Assembly (NCBI GenBank): GCA_041738675.1
Contig: JBGSPH010000059.1
Coordinates: 30,086 to 94,085, forward strand
Reading direction: 5' to 3'
Source: Ignavibacteriaceae bacterium
Lineage (GTDB): Bacteria; Bacteroidota; Ignavibacteria; Ignavibacteriales; Ignavibacteriaceae
DNA length: 64,000 nt
Shown in pieces: positions 53,345-63,823 of the stretch. Made by a program: the position numbers and the translations under genes. The notes beneath the pieces are model-generated. The model was not told where the DNA came from, made no database searches, and saw only the letters and a program-made list of their open reading frames with translations. How positions within the stretch are numbered: the first letter of the stretch is position 1; each line of letters starts with the position of its first letter.

Positions 53345-56300
53345 TTGGAACCAAATACTTTAAATCTAATTGATAGCGCCCCTATCGCAATTCTAACTTT
53401 TAACAGGAATGGCGAAATTGATTACGCTAATAAATCTTTTGCCGATTTGGAATTGCTGTATGGATTTGAGTATCCTGCCAATTTGATGGGTTCAAGTATT
53501 TTTGGAAAAGAACTTTTTCCAAGGTTTACTATCACTACTGAACTAAACGATATATTATCGGGATTTCTGTTTGAGAAAGAACTAAACTTTGTTGAAACAA
53601 AAACACAGGGGTTAATTCACTTAATTATAAAAGGCGCGCCCATTTTTGATAGCGATGAAATTATCGGCGGAATTATAATAATTGAAGATTTGAAGATCCT
53701 GACCAAAACAAAAAAAGAAGCTGCAATAAGAAATGATTTTATAGAAAATGCCATTCATAACGTTTCTGATTTTTTTCTTGTTGTTGATCGTATGGAACGA
53801 ATCCAATTCTTTTCAAAAAATATTTTACACTATATAAATATTCCCGCAAATCTTATTCAAAGTGTTTCTTTAGGAAGTTTGTTTGATTCAGAAACTTCAA
53901 AAATTGTTAAAGAGTATTTTGAATATGCTAAGAAAAACCGCACAGTGGTTATCGAAAAAATATCTTATGAAGTAAGAGGAAACCGAAAGGTTTTTGAATG
54001 CCGCTTTGTTCCACAGGAAAATTTTAGAAAAGAAATAAGTTTTGTTTATTTATTCTTTAAAGACATAACTGCTCAGGAAAGAGAAATTGATAATCTTTAC
54101 AAGGATGTTAGTAAGCTTGAGTTTTATCAAACGATTACAAAAAAATCCAGCGAAGCTGTTTTTGTAATTAATGATGAAAACATAATTGAGTATTGGGATG
54201 AATATGCTGAAAAACTTTATGAATTTTCTAATGAATCAGCACTTGGTAATGCCGTACGTAATGTTGTTAGTATTCTTTCTGATAGTTTTTTGGATTCATT
54301 AAAATCTAAACTGATTGATAAAGAGATTCACAAAATTATATTATCATATTTTGATAGAAACCGGGAGAAAAAAACTTACGAAACTTATTTTGCTTTTCTT
54401 GATGAAAAGAAAAAGAGCATAGTTGTTAAGAGTATTGATATAACTGATAAAATAAACTTTGAAGAAGGATTAAAATTATCTTTAAAAGGTTTGCGGGATA
54501 TAATTTCTAAATCTCCTTTAATGATTTGTAATATTGATAAAGATGGACAGATATTATTCGTCAATTCTGCTTTTCAAAAATCACTTGGTTTTACTGAAGA
54601 GGAATTACTTTCAAAAAGTTTTTACAATTTAATTGAACCGTCTTATTTAGAAAATAATATTTTTGATTTGCAAAGTTTTATCGGCGATGAAGTTAAAAAT
54701 TTAAAGCTTCCCTTAAACAATAAAAATAATTCTTCAACATTATTCAGTTGTACATTTCACACTTCTCGGGATAACGAAAACAGAATACAATTCTTCAGCT
54801 GTTTTCTTACTGAGTCTAGTGAACAGAAAAAGAATGTTGACGAATCAAACCTATATCTGTCACTTGTTAATTCAGCTTATGATGGAATAGCATTGGGCTG
54901 CGAGGGAAGAATAATTATTGCAAATAAATCTTTTGCAAAAATATTTGGCTATAACTCAAACACTGAGTTAGTTAACAAGGAAATAATTGAGCTTGCTTCA
55001 AACGATGCGATATTGAAAGTAGCAGAATATTTCAGATTGCTTGAAAGAAAAAAAGAAGTGCCAACAAGATTTGATTTTCTTGGTAAGAAAAAAGATGGAA
55101 GTAGTATTCATACAGAACTTTCTATCGGATCTTTTGAATCTGATAACAAAATTTATATTGTAATGATCGCACGTGATGTTACAGAAAGAATTCGTGCGCA
55201 GCGTGCAATAAGGGAATCTGAAGAAAAATACAGAAACATAACTGAAAACATTGACGATTTTCTTTTTACCTTTGAAAGAACCGGATTAGCATTAAGACCA
55301 ATTTTCTGCACTTCATCAATTCAGAAAGTTACCGGATACAATCAAGCAGAATTTTTAACGGATTCAAAATTATTTATAAAAGCAATTCATCCTAGTGATT
55401 ACGCTTCAATAAAACCTAAACTAATTAATTTGATGAAAAGCAGAATTCAACTTTCGGGTGAGTTTGAATTCAGGATCATTAATAAACAAGGAAACATTGT
55501 TTGGGTTAGAGCAAAAATTAATCTTGTGAGATCAGGAACAGGAAGGATACAAAAAATATTCGGTCTTGTAAGCGATGTTTCATTCAGAAAACGTGCTGAA
55601 GAAGAGTTAAAAAAATCAACACAAAATCTTATTAAACTTAACGAAACAAAAGATCGTTTTATTTCAATCATCTCTCACGATCTTCGCACTCCATTCAGTT
55701 CAATATTAGGATTTACAGATCTGCTTGCAAACGATGAGGAGTTAACTGAAGATGAGCGAAAACAGTATATTAAGTATATACAGGAATCTTCGCGCTCAAT
55801 GCTTGCACTTGTAAATTCGCTTTTAGATTGGACAAGATTACAAACAGGAAGAATAAAATTTGAGCCACAGAAAATTGATATTTCAAAAATTATATTGGAT
55901 TCAGCAAATGCACTTTCTGGCGCTGCAATTCAAAAAGGGATAGAAGTTGAATCTTCGGTTAATCAATCACTTTATCTTTTTGTTGATAAGAGTTTAATAA
56001 CACAAGTATTTAATAATCTTATTTCCAATGCAATCAAGTTTACTAATAAAGGTGGATCGATAAAGATTTCCAATCAGGCAGTCAACAATTCACGTTTTGT
56101 AAAATTTAGTATCAAGGATACAGGTGTTGGAATTAAAAATGATGATCTTGAAAAACTTTTTAGTGTCGATGCAAAGTTTACTTCCGAAGGTACTGCGGGA
56201 GAAAAAGGCAGCGGACTTGGATTATCACTCGTAAAAGAAATTATAGAAAAACATGGGGGTACAATTTCAGTAGAAAGCGAATACGGCAAAGGCTCTGAAT

Positions 56301-56710
56301 TTATTTTCACTTTGCCAATCGCTTCCTCCAACATTTTAATAGTTGATGATAATAAAACCGATCGATTGCTTTATTCAAAGATCTTAAAAAATATTTCTCC
56401 GGAATACAATGTTGAGGTTGCTTCTGATGGTAAAGAAGCGATACAAAAAATATTATCATCACCACCAGCGCTTGTAATTACAGATCATGCAATGCCAGTA
56501 ATGAACGGCTATGAATTTTTAATTGAGTTAAATAAAATGGATATAAAAGGTAAGCCGCCTGTTATTGTGCTAAGCAGTGATATTGATCGAGCTATAATTA
56601 ATGATTACACAGAACTTGGGATTGAGTTTGTTTTTCAGAAACCGGTAAACATCGGAAGCTTTAAACTCGCAATAGAAAAATCTCTCCAAAAAGGATTGAG
56701 CGGCGATTAG
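53345..56710 (+). CDS. Multi-PAS hybrid sensor histidine kinase / response regulator
   Basis: It has about five or six PAS-like modules, HisKA (ISIISHDLRTPFSS), HATPase (GSGLGLSLVKEIIEKHGG) and a receiver (ILIVDDNK...VITDHAMPVMNG). No TM segment is present. The start codon is TTG. Confidence 0.85.
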   Translation: MEPNTLNLIDSAPIAILTFNRNGEIDYANKSFADLELLYGFEYPANLMGSSIFGKELFPRFTITTELNDILSGFLFEKELNFVETKTQGLIHLIIKGAPIFDSDEIIGGIIIIEDLKILTKTKKEAAIRNDFIENAIHNVSDFFLVVDRMERIQFFSKNILHYINIPANLIQSVSLGSLFDSETSKIVKEYFEYAKKNRTVVIEKISYEVRGNRKVFECRFVPQENFRKEISFVYLFFKDITAQEREIDNLYKDVSKLEFYQTITKKSSEAVFVINDENIIEYWDEYAEKLYEFSNESALGNAVRNVVSILSDSFLDSLKSKLIDKEIHKIILSYFDRNREKKTYETYFAFLDEKKKSIVVKSIDITDKINFEEGLKLSLKGLRDIISKSPLMICNIDKDGQILFVNSAFQKSLGFTEEELLSKSFYNLIEPSYLENNIFDLQSFIGDEVKNLKLPLNNKNNSSTLFSCTFHTSRDNENRIQFFSCFLTESSEQKKNVDESNLYLSLVNSAYDGIALGCEGRIIIANKSFAKIFGYNSNTELVNKEIIELASNDAILKVAEYFRLLERKKEVPTRFDFLGKKKDGSSIHTELSIGSFESDNKIYIVMIARDVTERIRAQRAIRESEEKYRNITENIDDFLFTFERTGLALRPIFCTSSIQKVTGYNQAEFLTDSKLFIKAIHPSDYASIKPKLINLMKSRIQLSGEFEFRIINKQGNIVWVRAKINLVRSGTGRIQKIFGLVSDVSFRKRAEEELKKSTQNLIKLNETKDRFISIISHDLRTPFSSILGFTDLLANDEELTEDERKQYIKYIQESSRSMLALVNSLLDWTRLQTGRIKFEPQKIDISKIILDSANALSGAAIQKGIEVESSVNQSLYLFVDKSLITQVFNNLISNAIKFTNKGGSIKISNQAVNNSRFVKFSIKDTGVGIKNDDLEKLFSVDAKFTSEGTAGEKGSGLGLSLVKEIIEKHGGTISVESEYGKGSEFIFTLPIASSNILIVDDNKTDRLLYSKILKNISPEYNVEVASDGKEAIQKILSSPPALVITDHAMPVMNGYEFLIELNKMDIKGKPPVIVLSSDIDRAIINDYTELGIEFVFQKPVNIGSFKLAIEKSLQKGLSGD

Positions 56711-56716
56711 ATTGTG

Positions 56717-56756
56717 AAACCTTCAAGGTTTTTGTTTTGCAACCTTGAAGGTTTTT
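56717..56756. terminator. Bidirectional terminator made of two mutually complementary palindromes
   Basis: AAACCTTCAAGGTTT (56717-56731) and AACCTTGAAGGTTTTT (56741-56756) sit between convergent stops at 56710 and 56761. Confidence 0.65.
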
Positions 56757-56760
56757 GAAT

Positions 56761-58848
56761 TTATTTCTTCTTTAAAACAAAACCTGATGATGTTGGAATT
56801 TTAATCTTACCACTAACAGTTTCAATGGTTTTTATTCCAGCTTTTTCTGAATTCACTAAAACTTCCCACTTACCTTTTGGCAATTCACAAACAACTGCAT
56901 TTAAAGGATGCGCATTAAATAGAACTACAAAATTCTCTTCACTATGTTTTAATTCATATCCCAGAGCAAAATTATTATCCATAACAGAAATAAATTTTAC
57001 TTCATTATGATCTGCTCTACGGAACGATTTAAATTCTTTTCTAAGTTCAATCAACCCTTTGTAGTAATCCCATAAATCCTTGTTCATTTTTACGTGATCA
57101 TAATTAATATAATTCACTTCATTGTCTTTATCATAAGAATTATGGTCCAACATTCCACGATGAGGATCCTTTTGATTTGTTAATGGAATTACCTTGCTTC
57201 GAGCAAATTCCTGTCCGCTGTGTATCATTGTAATTCCGCGAGAAGTAAACAAGAACAGCGCACCTAGTTTATTAAGTTTTAACTGTGTTGGAGTAAGCTT
57301 TGCATTTTTATCAACATCTTTAATTACTTCATCAACTTTTACATCTCCCAAACCGATGCGGATAAAATCTCCAAAGGTATAACCATCGTGTGATTCGAGA
57401 TAGTTAACTGCATGCTCGGGTTTTTGAAATAATCCGAGAGAATCTTTTGTAAGTGTACCTGTAACATAACTTTTAATTCTTTGCGTCGAGTTATTTCCGT
57501 ACCAATTTCCAAATATCCAACCATGTCCATCTTTAGGATTTTCGCCTTTAATTCCATTTCTTATCTGATCATTCCATGCACCCCAGCCGCGCAAAGAAAA
57601 TCCTGCAGGATCATATCCACCACCCCAGGGTTCGCAAACAAAAACCACATCTGGATTTTTTTTCTTCGCTTCATAAATTATTGTTTCAATCGTTTCCCAA
57701 TCAATAAGTTTTCCAAGATCAAACCGGAAACCATCTACATGATATTCTTCCATCCAGTATAAAACACTTTCAACAATTAATCTGCGCATCATAGGGCGCT
57801 CAGTTTTAAGATCATTTCCACATCCGCTAACAGCGCAATAACTTCCATCAGGATTTAATCTGAAGTAGTATTCTCTATCAATTTCTTTTAGGTTACCGAG
57901 CTCATATTCAGAAAGATGATTGTAAACAACATCCATCATAACTGCAATATTTTCTTTATGAAATGCCTTAACCATATCTTTAAAATCTGTTACAGCTTTT
58001 GCATCAGCACCGCTCCATTTATTAAATTCTATTTCACGAACATTTTCTGAGAAGTATGATTCGGGTGCAAAGAATGCGGCTGTCATATACCCCCAATGAT
58101 TCCGTTCGTAAGGATTCCATGTATTAAACTTTCCAAGTACAGAGTCTTTATAAGGAATTTCTATATTTGCAAATTCTTGTGCTGGTAAAAGTTCGATTGT
58201 ATTAACACCAAGATTTTTTATATAATCGATTCCGCCTGTTTTTCCTTTTTCGATCAGACCCTTAAAAGTCCCTCTTTCTTTAACACCTGAAGATTGATGT
58301 TCAGTCATATCACGAACATGCATTTCATACACAATAAGATCTCGCCAATCTCTTTGTATCCATTTATCATTTTGCCAATCATAATCGCCTTCTTTAATAA
58401 CAATACCTTTGCGGGGGGAATAATAAGTATTATAGCTTGCAACCGCTTTTGCATAAGGGTCAAGACAAAACACTGCTTCTTTCTCTTTATGCTTAACATT
58501 AAATCCATAGTATTTCCCGTAAAGTTCATCATCAAGAGTAACTTCCCAAACCGCATTTTCATCACGAATCATTTCATATTCTTTTCCCTTCAGCTCGTCA
58601 ACTTTTTCAAAAATCATAAGAGAAACTTTTTCCGCGTTTGGTGTAAACAATCTAAAATATGTTTTACCATCTTTAACAAATGAACCTAGTTTTTTATCAG
58701 AGTAATATTTATCTAGTTCATATTGTCTTAACTGAAACTCAGTTTTAATTTTTAACTGAGATTTTGATTTGTCTGAAATGTACAAGGTACTTCCTGTAAA
58801 TGTTATTGTAATTAAAATTATTATCGATTTTATTATAAAACTTTTCAT
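56761..58848 (-). CDS. GH13 pullulanase-type (type I pullulanase-like) alpha-glucan debranching enzyme
   Basis: It has a signal peptide and GH13 conserved regions (DVVYNHLSE, DGFRFDLGK, EPWG, YLESHD), plus an N-terminal CBM48-like region. Confidence 0.8.
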   Translation of the reverse strand: MKSFIIKSIIILITITFTGSTLYISDKSKSQLKIKTEFQLRQYELDKYYSDKKLGSFVKDGKTYFRLFTPNAEKVSLMIFEKVDELKGKEYEMIRDENAVWEVTLDDELYGKYYGFNVKHKEKEAVFCLDPYAKAVASYNTYYSPRKGIVIKEGDYDWQNDKWIQRDWRDLIVYEMHVRDMTEHQSSGVKERGTFKGLIEKGKTGGIDYIKNLGVNTIELLPAQEFANIEIPYKDSVLGKFNTWNPYERNHWGYMTAAFFAPESYFSENVREIEFNKWSGADAKAVTDFKDMVKAFHKENIAVMMDVVYNHLSEYELGNLKEIDREYYFRLNPDGSYCAVSGCGNDLKTERPMMRRLIVESVLYWMEEYHVDGFRFDLGKLIDWETIETIIYEAKKKNPDVVFVCEPWGGGYDPAGFSLRGWGAWNDQIRNGIKGENPKDGHGWIFGNWYGNNSTQRIKSYVTGTLTKDSLGLFQKPEHAVNYLESHDGYTFGDFIRIGLGDVKVDEVIKDVDKNAKLTPTQLKLNKLGALFLFTSRGITMIHSGQEFARSKVIPLTNQKDPHRGMLDHNSYDKDNEVNYINYDHVKMNKDLWDYYKGLIELRKEFKSFRRADHNEVKFISVMDNNFALGYELKHSEENFVVLFNAHPLNAVVCELPKGKWEVLVNSEKAGIKTIETVSGKIKIPTSSGFVLKKK

Positions 58849-58872
58849 ACTTAAACCTTATTATTTTAAGAA

Positions 58873-59202
58873 TTATTGAGAGTAAACTTCTCCATCAACA
58901 ATAGGGGTAACACAAATAAGCGGATTTTCCGGGACTCCAAATTTTTGAAAGATATCTTCAAAAAGTTGAAAATGCATTCCGCGTTTTTCAAGCTTATGAA
59001 ATTTCGCATAGCTCATAAACTGCTCTTTCTCATCAGAAGGTGCATCAAAAGTTATAGCTTTTGGATAATCCTCTTTGGCATGAGATTTTAAGAATTCAAT
59101 CTTTCTAGCATCGCCGCCTTCCATTTCGTAAGAAACGGCTCTGAATTCCTTAACTAATCCGTTATTTATTATTAAATAGATATTTAAAATAATTTCGTTC
59201 AT
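58873..59202 (-). CDS. Hypothetical small protein
   Basis: The ORF overlaps the upstream 7TM gene by 41 nt. An internal ATG at 59124 (MEGGDARKIEFLK) would remove the overlap. I recognise no family. Confidence 0.3.
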   Translation of the reverse strand: MNEIILNIYLIINNGLVKEFRAVSYEMEGGDARKIEFLKSHAKEDYPKAITFDAPSDEKEQFMSYAKFHKLEKRGMHFQLFEDIFQKFGVPENPLICVTPIVDGEVYSQ

Positions 59203-59875
59203 CGTTAAAAGGGGAATTATAAAGACAAATAAAACTTAAACACATTGCAAATATAAATGCAAACTTGCACATTATACTTTCTATAGCAGAGATGATAGCA
59301 TAGTTACCCAAAAACATTAATGTAAATCCAAGTAACACGGGCAAGCTTATAAAGATTGATCCAAACAATAATACTTTAGCAATGATTTTTTTCTTTTTAT
59401 CATCTGTCTTCGGGATAAATCTTGCAAACAGAATAATAGATAATAATACTGGCAGATAATAAAACGCACCAAATAAATCTCCCAATGGATAATGGTAACT
59501 TGCATAAAGAACAGTGCAGCTTGTTACTACAAATTGCGGGATTACAAATAAATAGTAAATCGAGAATGCAACAGCCGGAATAAAAATTAAACCCCATTTT
59601 AGACTTAGATTTATGCTTCGAGTAAGAGTAAGAGCTAGAAGTAAATTTAAGGGCGGCAGAAATCCGATAATTACAAAGGCAAGAAATGGATAGAATGAAT
59701 CCTGCAACCCAACCTGGCACATTAAAAATTCCATAGATTGATACGCCGCCAGTAATGCGATCATTAGCATTGCAATGATGTTTACTTTATTCTTCTCAAT
59801 AAAAACAATCAGATTAAAAAGTAAAAGAAACTCAATGCAAGCAAAAAGTAATGATAATATTCCGTTCCAATTCAT
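59162..59875 (-). CDS. Seven-TM integral membrane protein of unknown function
   Basis: It is 237 aa with about seven hydrophobic helices and a short KTDDKKKK loop. It resembles stand-alone 7TM sensor-type modules, but I can assign no family by eye. Confidence 0.45.
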   Translation of the reverse strand: MNWNGILSLLFACIEFLLLFNLIVFIEKNKVNIIAMLMIALLAAYQSMEFLMCQVGLQDSFYPFLAFVIIGFLPPLNLLLALTLTRSINLSLKWGLIFIPAVAFSIYYLFVIPQFVVTSCTVLYASYHYPLGDLFGAFYYLPVLLSIILFARFIPKTDDKKKKIIAKVLLFGSIFISLPVLLGFTLMFLGNYAIISAIESIMCKFAFIFAMCLSFICLYNSPFNDERNYFKYLFNNK

Positions 59876-59886
59876 AATTTATTTTA

Positions 59887-59923
59887 CCACAGAGTTAACA
59901 GAGAACAACAGAGTTAAAAGAGA
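59887..59923. repeat. Left arm of imperfect inverted repeat bracketing the GxxExxY gene
   Basis: CCACAGAGTTAACAGAGAACAACAGAGTTAAAAGAGA has three ACAGAG cores 9-10 nt apart. It ends exactly at the stop codon. Confidence 0.7.
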
Positions 59924-60307
59924 TTATTCTTTGTAATATTTGTTTATTAATCTTTTAATGCCTTCTTTTAAGAGCACAACATTAAAGTTTATCAATAAGC
60001 CAAATTGATTATTCATTAATTTCATAAAAGTAAGAGTTTGAGCAATATGGATATCAGAAACCCCATCAACCGATTTTAATTCTAATACAAGTCGATTTTC
60101 AATTAATAAATCCAAACGATAGCCACATTCAAGTTTAACATCTTCATAAATTAATGGTACTGGCTTTTCTTTCTCAACAATTAAGCCTTTTTTATTTAAT
60201 TCAAACGCGAGACACTCTTTATAAGAACTTTCTAACAACCCAGGCCCGAGAGCCTTATGAACTTTAATTGCAGATTCAATCACACTTGAAGTTAAATCAT
60301 TAATCAT
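59924..60307 (-). CDS. GxxExxY family protein (PD-(D/E)xK nuclease fold)
   Basis: GPGLLESSYKECLAFEL carries GxxExxY. YRLDLLIENRLVLELKS carries D...ExK. Length is 127 aa. Confidence 0.8.
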   Translation of the reverse strand: MINDLTSSVIESAIKVHKALGPGLLESSYKECLAFELNKKGLIVEKEKPVPLIYEDVKLECGYRLDLLIENRLVLELKSVDGVSDIHIAQTLTFMKLMNNQFGLLINFNVVLLKEGIKRLINKYYKE

Positions 60308-60346
60308 TCTCTGCTCCCTCTGTTTATTACTCTGTTAGCTCTGTGG
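60308..60346. repeat. Right arm of imperfect inverted repeat bracketing the GxxExxY gene
   Basis: Its reverse complement is CCACAGAGCTAACAGAGTAATAAACAGAGGGAGCAGAGA. By eye about 27 of 38 positions match the left arm. It begins exactly after the start codon. Confidence 0.7.
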
Positions 60347-60363
60347 ATATTTCCTCAAAGACC

Positions 60364-61755
60364 TTACTTTCCAGGTCCAACCATCTTTTCTGGTCTAACA
60401 ACTTCATCAAATTTTTCTGAAGTGAGCAAACCGAGATCCAAAGCCGCTTGTTTAAGGGTTGTGTTTTCTTTGTGAGCTTTCTTTGCAACCTTGGCAGCAT
60501 TATCATAACCTATATGTGGATTAAGCGAAGTAACAAGCATCAAAGAATTTTCGAGATGTTTTTTGATGTTTGCTTTATTTGCTTCAATTCCAACCACACA
60601 GTGTTCTGTAAAACTATCACATGCATCGGCAATTAATCTGATAGAATTAAGTACGTTGAAAATTATTACCGGCTTAAAAACATTTAATTCAAAATTACCC
60701 ATTGCACCACCAAAGTTTACGGCAACATCATTACCAAAAACCTGAGCGCAAACCATTGTCATTGCTTCACTTTGAGTTGGATTAACTTTACCGGGCATAA
60801 TTGAACTGCCAGGTTCATTTTCAGGTAAGTTAAGTTCTGCTAATCCACAACGTGGACCGGAACCAAGCCAGCGAACATCATTTGCAATTTTCATAAGTGA
60901 TGCTGCAAGAGTTTTTAAAACGCCGCTAAATTCAACAAGTGCATCGTGTGTTGCAAGTGCTTCAAATTTATTTGGAGCAGTTACAAATTTCTTTCCAGTT
61001 AGCTTTGCAATATGCTCAGCAGATTTTACTGCAAATTCAGGATGTGTATTTAATCCAGTTCCTACAGCAGTTCCACCAAGTGCCAACTCGTACAATCTTG
61101 GTAATGCGGAATTTATTCTATCTAATCCATTTGATAACATTTGAACATATCCGCCAAACTCCTGCCCAAGTGTTAATGGAACTGCATCCATCAAATGTGT
61201 TCTGCCAATTTTTATTATGGATTGATATTCTTTTTCTTTTACTGCAAGGGCATCACGTAATTTTGTGATCATTGGAATCAACCTGCGATGAATTTCTTCA
61301 ACAGCAGCTATGTGCATTGCAGTTGGAAAAGTATCGTTAGAGGATTGGGCTTTGTTCACATCATCATTTGGGTGGATTGGTTTTTTGCTTCCCATTTCGC
61401 CGCCGGCAATTTCAATTGCACGATTTGAAATTACCTCATTAGCATTCATATTCGTTTGAGTGCCGCTTCCTGTTTGCCAAACTACAAGCGGAAAATGTTC
61501 ATCAAGTTTTCCTTCAATAACTTCATCTGCAGCTTTAATGATCAGATCTGCTTTATCTGCAGGAAGAGTTTCAAGTTCTTTGTTTGTAAGTGCAGCAGCT
61601 TTCTTCAAAATTCCTAGTGCGCGAATAAGCTCACGCGGGAATCTATCACCACCAATTTTAAAATTCATTAAAGATCTTGCGGTTTGCGCTCCATAGTATT
61701 TATCTGATTGAACTTCAATTTCACCCATTGTATCTTTTTCAATTCTAAAGTCCAT
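60364..61755 (-). CDS. fumC: Class II fumarate hydratase
   Basis: It has the [16 protein letters not shown] signature. Length is 463 aa. Confidence 0.95.
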   Translation of the reverse strand: MDFRIEKDTMGEIEVQSDKYYGAQTARSLMNFKIGGDRFPRELIRALGILKKAAALTNKELETLPADKADLIIKAADEVIEGKLDEHFPLVVWQTGSGTQTNMNANEVISNRAIEIAGGEMGSKKPIHPNDDVNKAQSSNDTFPTAMHIAAVEEIHRRLIPMITKLRDALAVKEKEYQSIIKIGRTHLMDAVPLTLGQEFGGYVQMLSNGLDRINSALPRLYELALGGTAVGTGLNTHPEFAVKSAEHIAKLTGKKFVTAPNKFEALATHDALVEFSGVLKTLAASLMKIANDVRWLGSGPRCGLAELNLPENEPGSSIMPGKVNPTQSEAMTMVCAQVFGNDVAVNFGGAMGNFELNVFKPVIIFNVLNSIRLIADACDSFTEHCVVGIEANKANIKKHLENSLMLVTSLNPHIGYDNAAKVAKKAHKENTTLKQAALDLGLLTSEKFDEVVRPEKMVGPGK

Positions 61756-62227
61756 TTTGTTCTCCCTTAATAAATTATGATTATTTTTTTTATCTCTTGA
61801 ATTTAAAATACTACAATTTTGATATAGATGAACTTTTTAGAATCTAAAAATCGATTTTTACTTCGATTAATTTGTCAAGAAAGAAAAATATTACCACTCT
61901 TTTATAGATTTCGGTACTTCTTGCCTGATATTATTAAGATGAGTATTGATAATTGTGTATGAATTTTATCAGAAGAAAACCTATTCAATTTGATCAATTC
62001 AGATCACCTACTTTTGTTTAAAATGAATCAATAAAATTAGAAAATCTCAATTATGGATTTAACACAAGTTGAACTTTGATTTACAATAATTTTACAATGG
62101 GTAATTCTTTTTCTGTAGATTTTTTTTGACATATTTATATTTTAGTGGTGGTTCATTCAAAGGCACAATAATTGAAAGGAAAGCCCATAGTATTTGTTAC
62201 AATTCTTTAATTATTTATCGGATAGAA

Positions 62228-62641
62228 ATGAATATTCCCATTATCGACCGCAGCAATTATCTTAAAGGTTTATTTATCACCGCAAAACTTGATAAAGAAC
62301 TGACTGATAAAGAAAAAGACATTCTTAAAAAAATTTCAGATAAATTAGGTTTCGCTTCAGATTTTTTTCAAGAAACTATTAGAAGTTTGCTCTCCAATAA
62401 ATATATAAATGAAGAACCAATTATTTTTTCTAATCAGGAAATAGCTCGTTCATTTATAAAAGATGCGGTAAAATTAGCCTACGTAAATGATAGTGTAACT
62501 GAGGCAGAAATTAATTGGCTAAAAAATACTGCCGATATTAACAAGCTTAACAACGGTTTTGTAGAAAAAGAATTTAATTCTGCTAAAGAAACTCCTCGTT
62601 CAATAATCGGTAGTGATTTTGCTCTCTATTCGATAATTTAA
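62228..62641 (+). CDS. Hypothetical protein, possibly TerB-like helical domain
   Basis: The ATG at 62228 (MNIPIIDRSNYLKGLFITAKLDKELTDKEKDILKKI) is preferred over the TTG at 62126. Repeated D/E-x-E-K helical segments and a second VNDSVTEAEINWLK segment resemble TerB-type tandem helices. The assignment is weak. Confidence 0.35.
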   Translation: MNIPIIDRSNYLKGLFITAKLDKELTDKEKDILKKISDKLGFASDFFQETIRSLLSNKYINEEPIIFSNQEIARSFIKDAVKLAYVNDSVTEAEINWLKNTADINKLNNGFVEKEFNSAKETPRSIIGSDFALYSII

Positions 62642-62769
62642 ATTCTACGACAATCAAAATCTCAATAATTTTCTTTGTCGTTTACTGCCCTTATTTCTAA
62701 TTTTGATTAGAACATTTTAAAAAATTATTCTAATCAAAAAATGTATTTACTTTTCTAAAGGATCTTACC

Positions 62770-63804
62770 ATGCAAAAAATGAAAGCCCTTGTAAAAAAAT
62801 ATTCTAAACCTGGAATCTGGATGGATGAAGTTGCTGTTCCTGAATACGGACCAAATGATGTATTGATTAAAATTCTTAAAACAGCCATCTGCGGAACCGA
62901 TATTCACATTTATAATTGGGACGAATGGGCACAAAAAACTATTCCCGTTCCAATGCATGTTGGGCACGAATATGTTGGTACTGTTGAAGCTTTCGGATCA
63001 AATGTTCACGATGTAAAAGTTGGTGAACTTGTCAGTGGTGAAGGTCATATCGTTTGCGGTACTTGCAGAAATTGCCGTGCTGGTCGTGGTCATCTTTGTC
63101 CAAATACAAAAGGAGTTGGTGTCAATCGTCCGGGAGCGTTTGCAGAATATTTAGTAATACCTGTTCAAAATCTATGGCATTGCGATCCGAAAATCTCAAC
63201 TGATTTGTTTTCTGTATTTGATCCATTTGGAAATGCAGTGCACACAGCACTTAGTTTTGATTTGCTGGGTGAAGATGTTTTAATTACTGGTGCTGGTCCA
63301 ATTGGAATTATGGCAGCAGCAGTGGTTATACATGCTGGTGCAAGGAATACAGTAATAACAGACATGAATCCCTATCGTTTAGAACTCGCAAGAAAAATTG
63401 GTGTTACGCGTGCAGTTGATGTTTCCAAGGAGAAACTTCCTGATGTTGTTAAAGAACTTGGTATGAAAGAAGGATTTGATGTTGGTTTAGAAATGAGCGG
63501 CAGTATTCATGCATTTAATGATATGATAGAAGTTATGTTTCATGGCGGTAACATTGCATTGCTGGGCATCCTTCCTTCAAATGCTGGTGTGGATTGGACA
63601 AAAATTATTTTTAACGGATTAAATATTCGTGGTATTTATGGAAGAAAAATGTTTGAAACCTGGTATAAGATGCAAGCAATGGTTCAAAGTGGATTGGATA
63701 TCACACCTATCATCACACATAAATTTAAGATAGATGATTACAAAGAAGGATTTGAGATAATGAAATCCGGAAATTCAGGCAAAGTAATTCTTGAATGGAA
63801 TTAA
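62770..63804 (+). CDS. tdh: L-threonine 3-dehydrogenase
   Basis: [56 protein letters not shown] is near-identical in pattern to E. coli Tdh. The likely start is the ATG at 62779 (MKALVKK). Confidence 0.95.
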   Translation: MQKMKALVKKYSKPGIWMDEVAVPEYGPNDVLIKILKTAICGTDIHIYNWDEWAQKTIPVPMHVGHEYVGTVEAFGSNVHDVKVGELVSGEGHIVCGTCRNCRAGRGHLCPNTKGVGVNRPGAFAEYLVIPVQNLWHCDPKISTDLFSVFDPFGNAVHTALSFDLLGEDVLITGAGPIGIMAAAVVIHAGARNTVITDMNPYRLELARKIGVTRAVDVSKEKLPDVVKELGMKEGFDVGLEMSGSIHAFNDMIEVMFHGGNIALLGILPSNAGVDWTKIIFNGLNIRGIYGRKMFETWYKMQAMVQSGLDITPIITHKFKIDDYKEGFEIMKSGNSGKVILEWN

Positions 63805-63823
63805 TCTCGGTGAAACTCCATGC

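Noticed and set aside
61756-62227. A 472-bp intergenic region between fumC and the TerB-like ORF, examined for tRNA, sRNA, riboswitch or a missed ORF. The TTG-initiated extension from 62126 was included.
   Set aside because: The region is uniformly AT-rich, with no GC-rich stems or cloverleaf potential. I recognised no conserved riboswitch motifs. The TTG extension encodes an implausible N-terminus.
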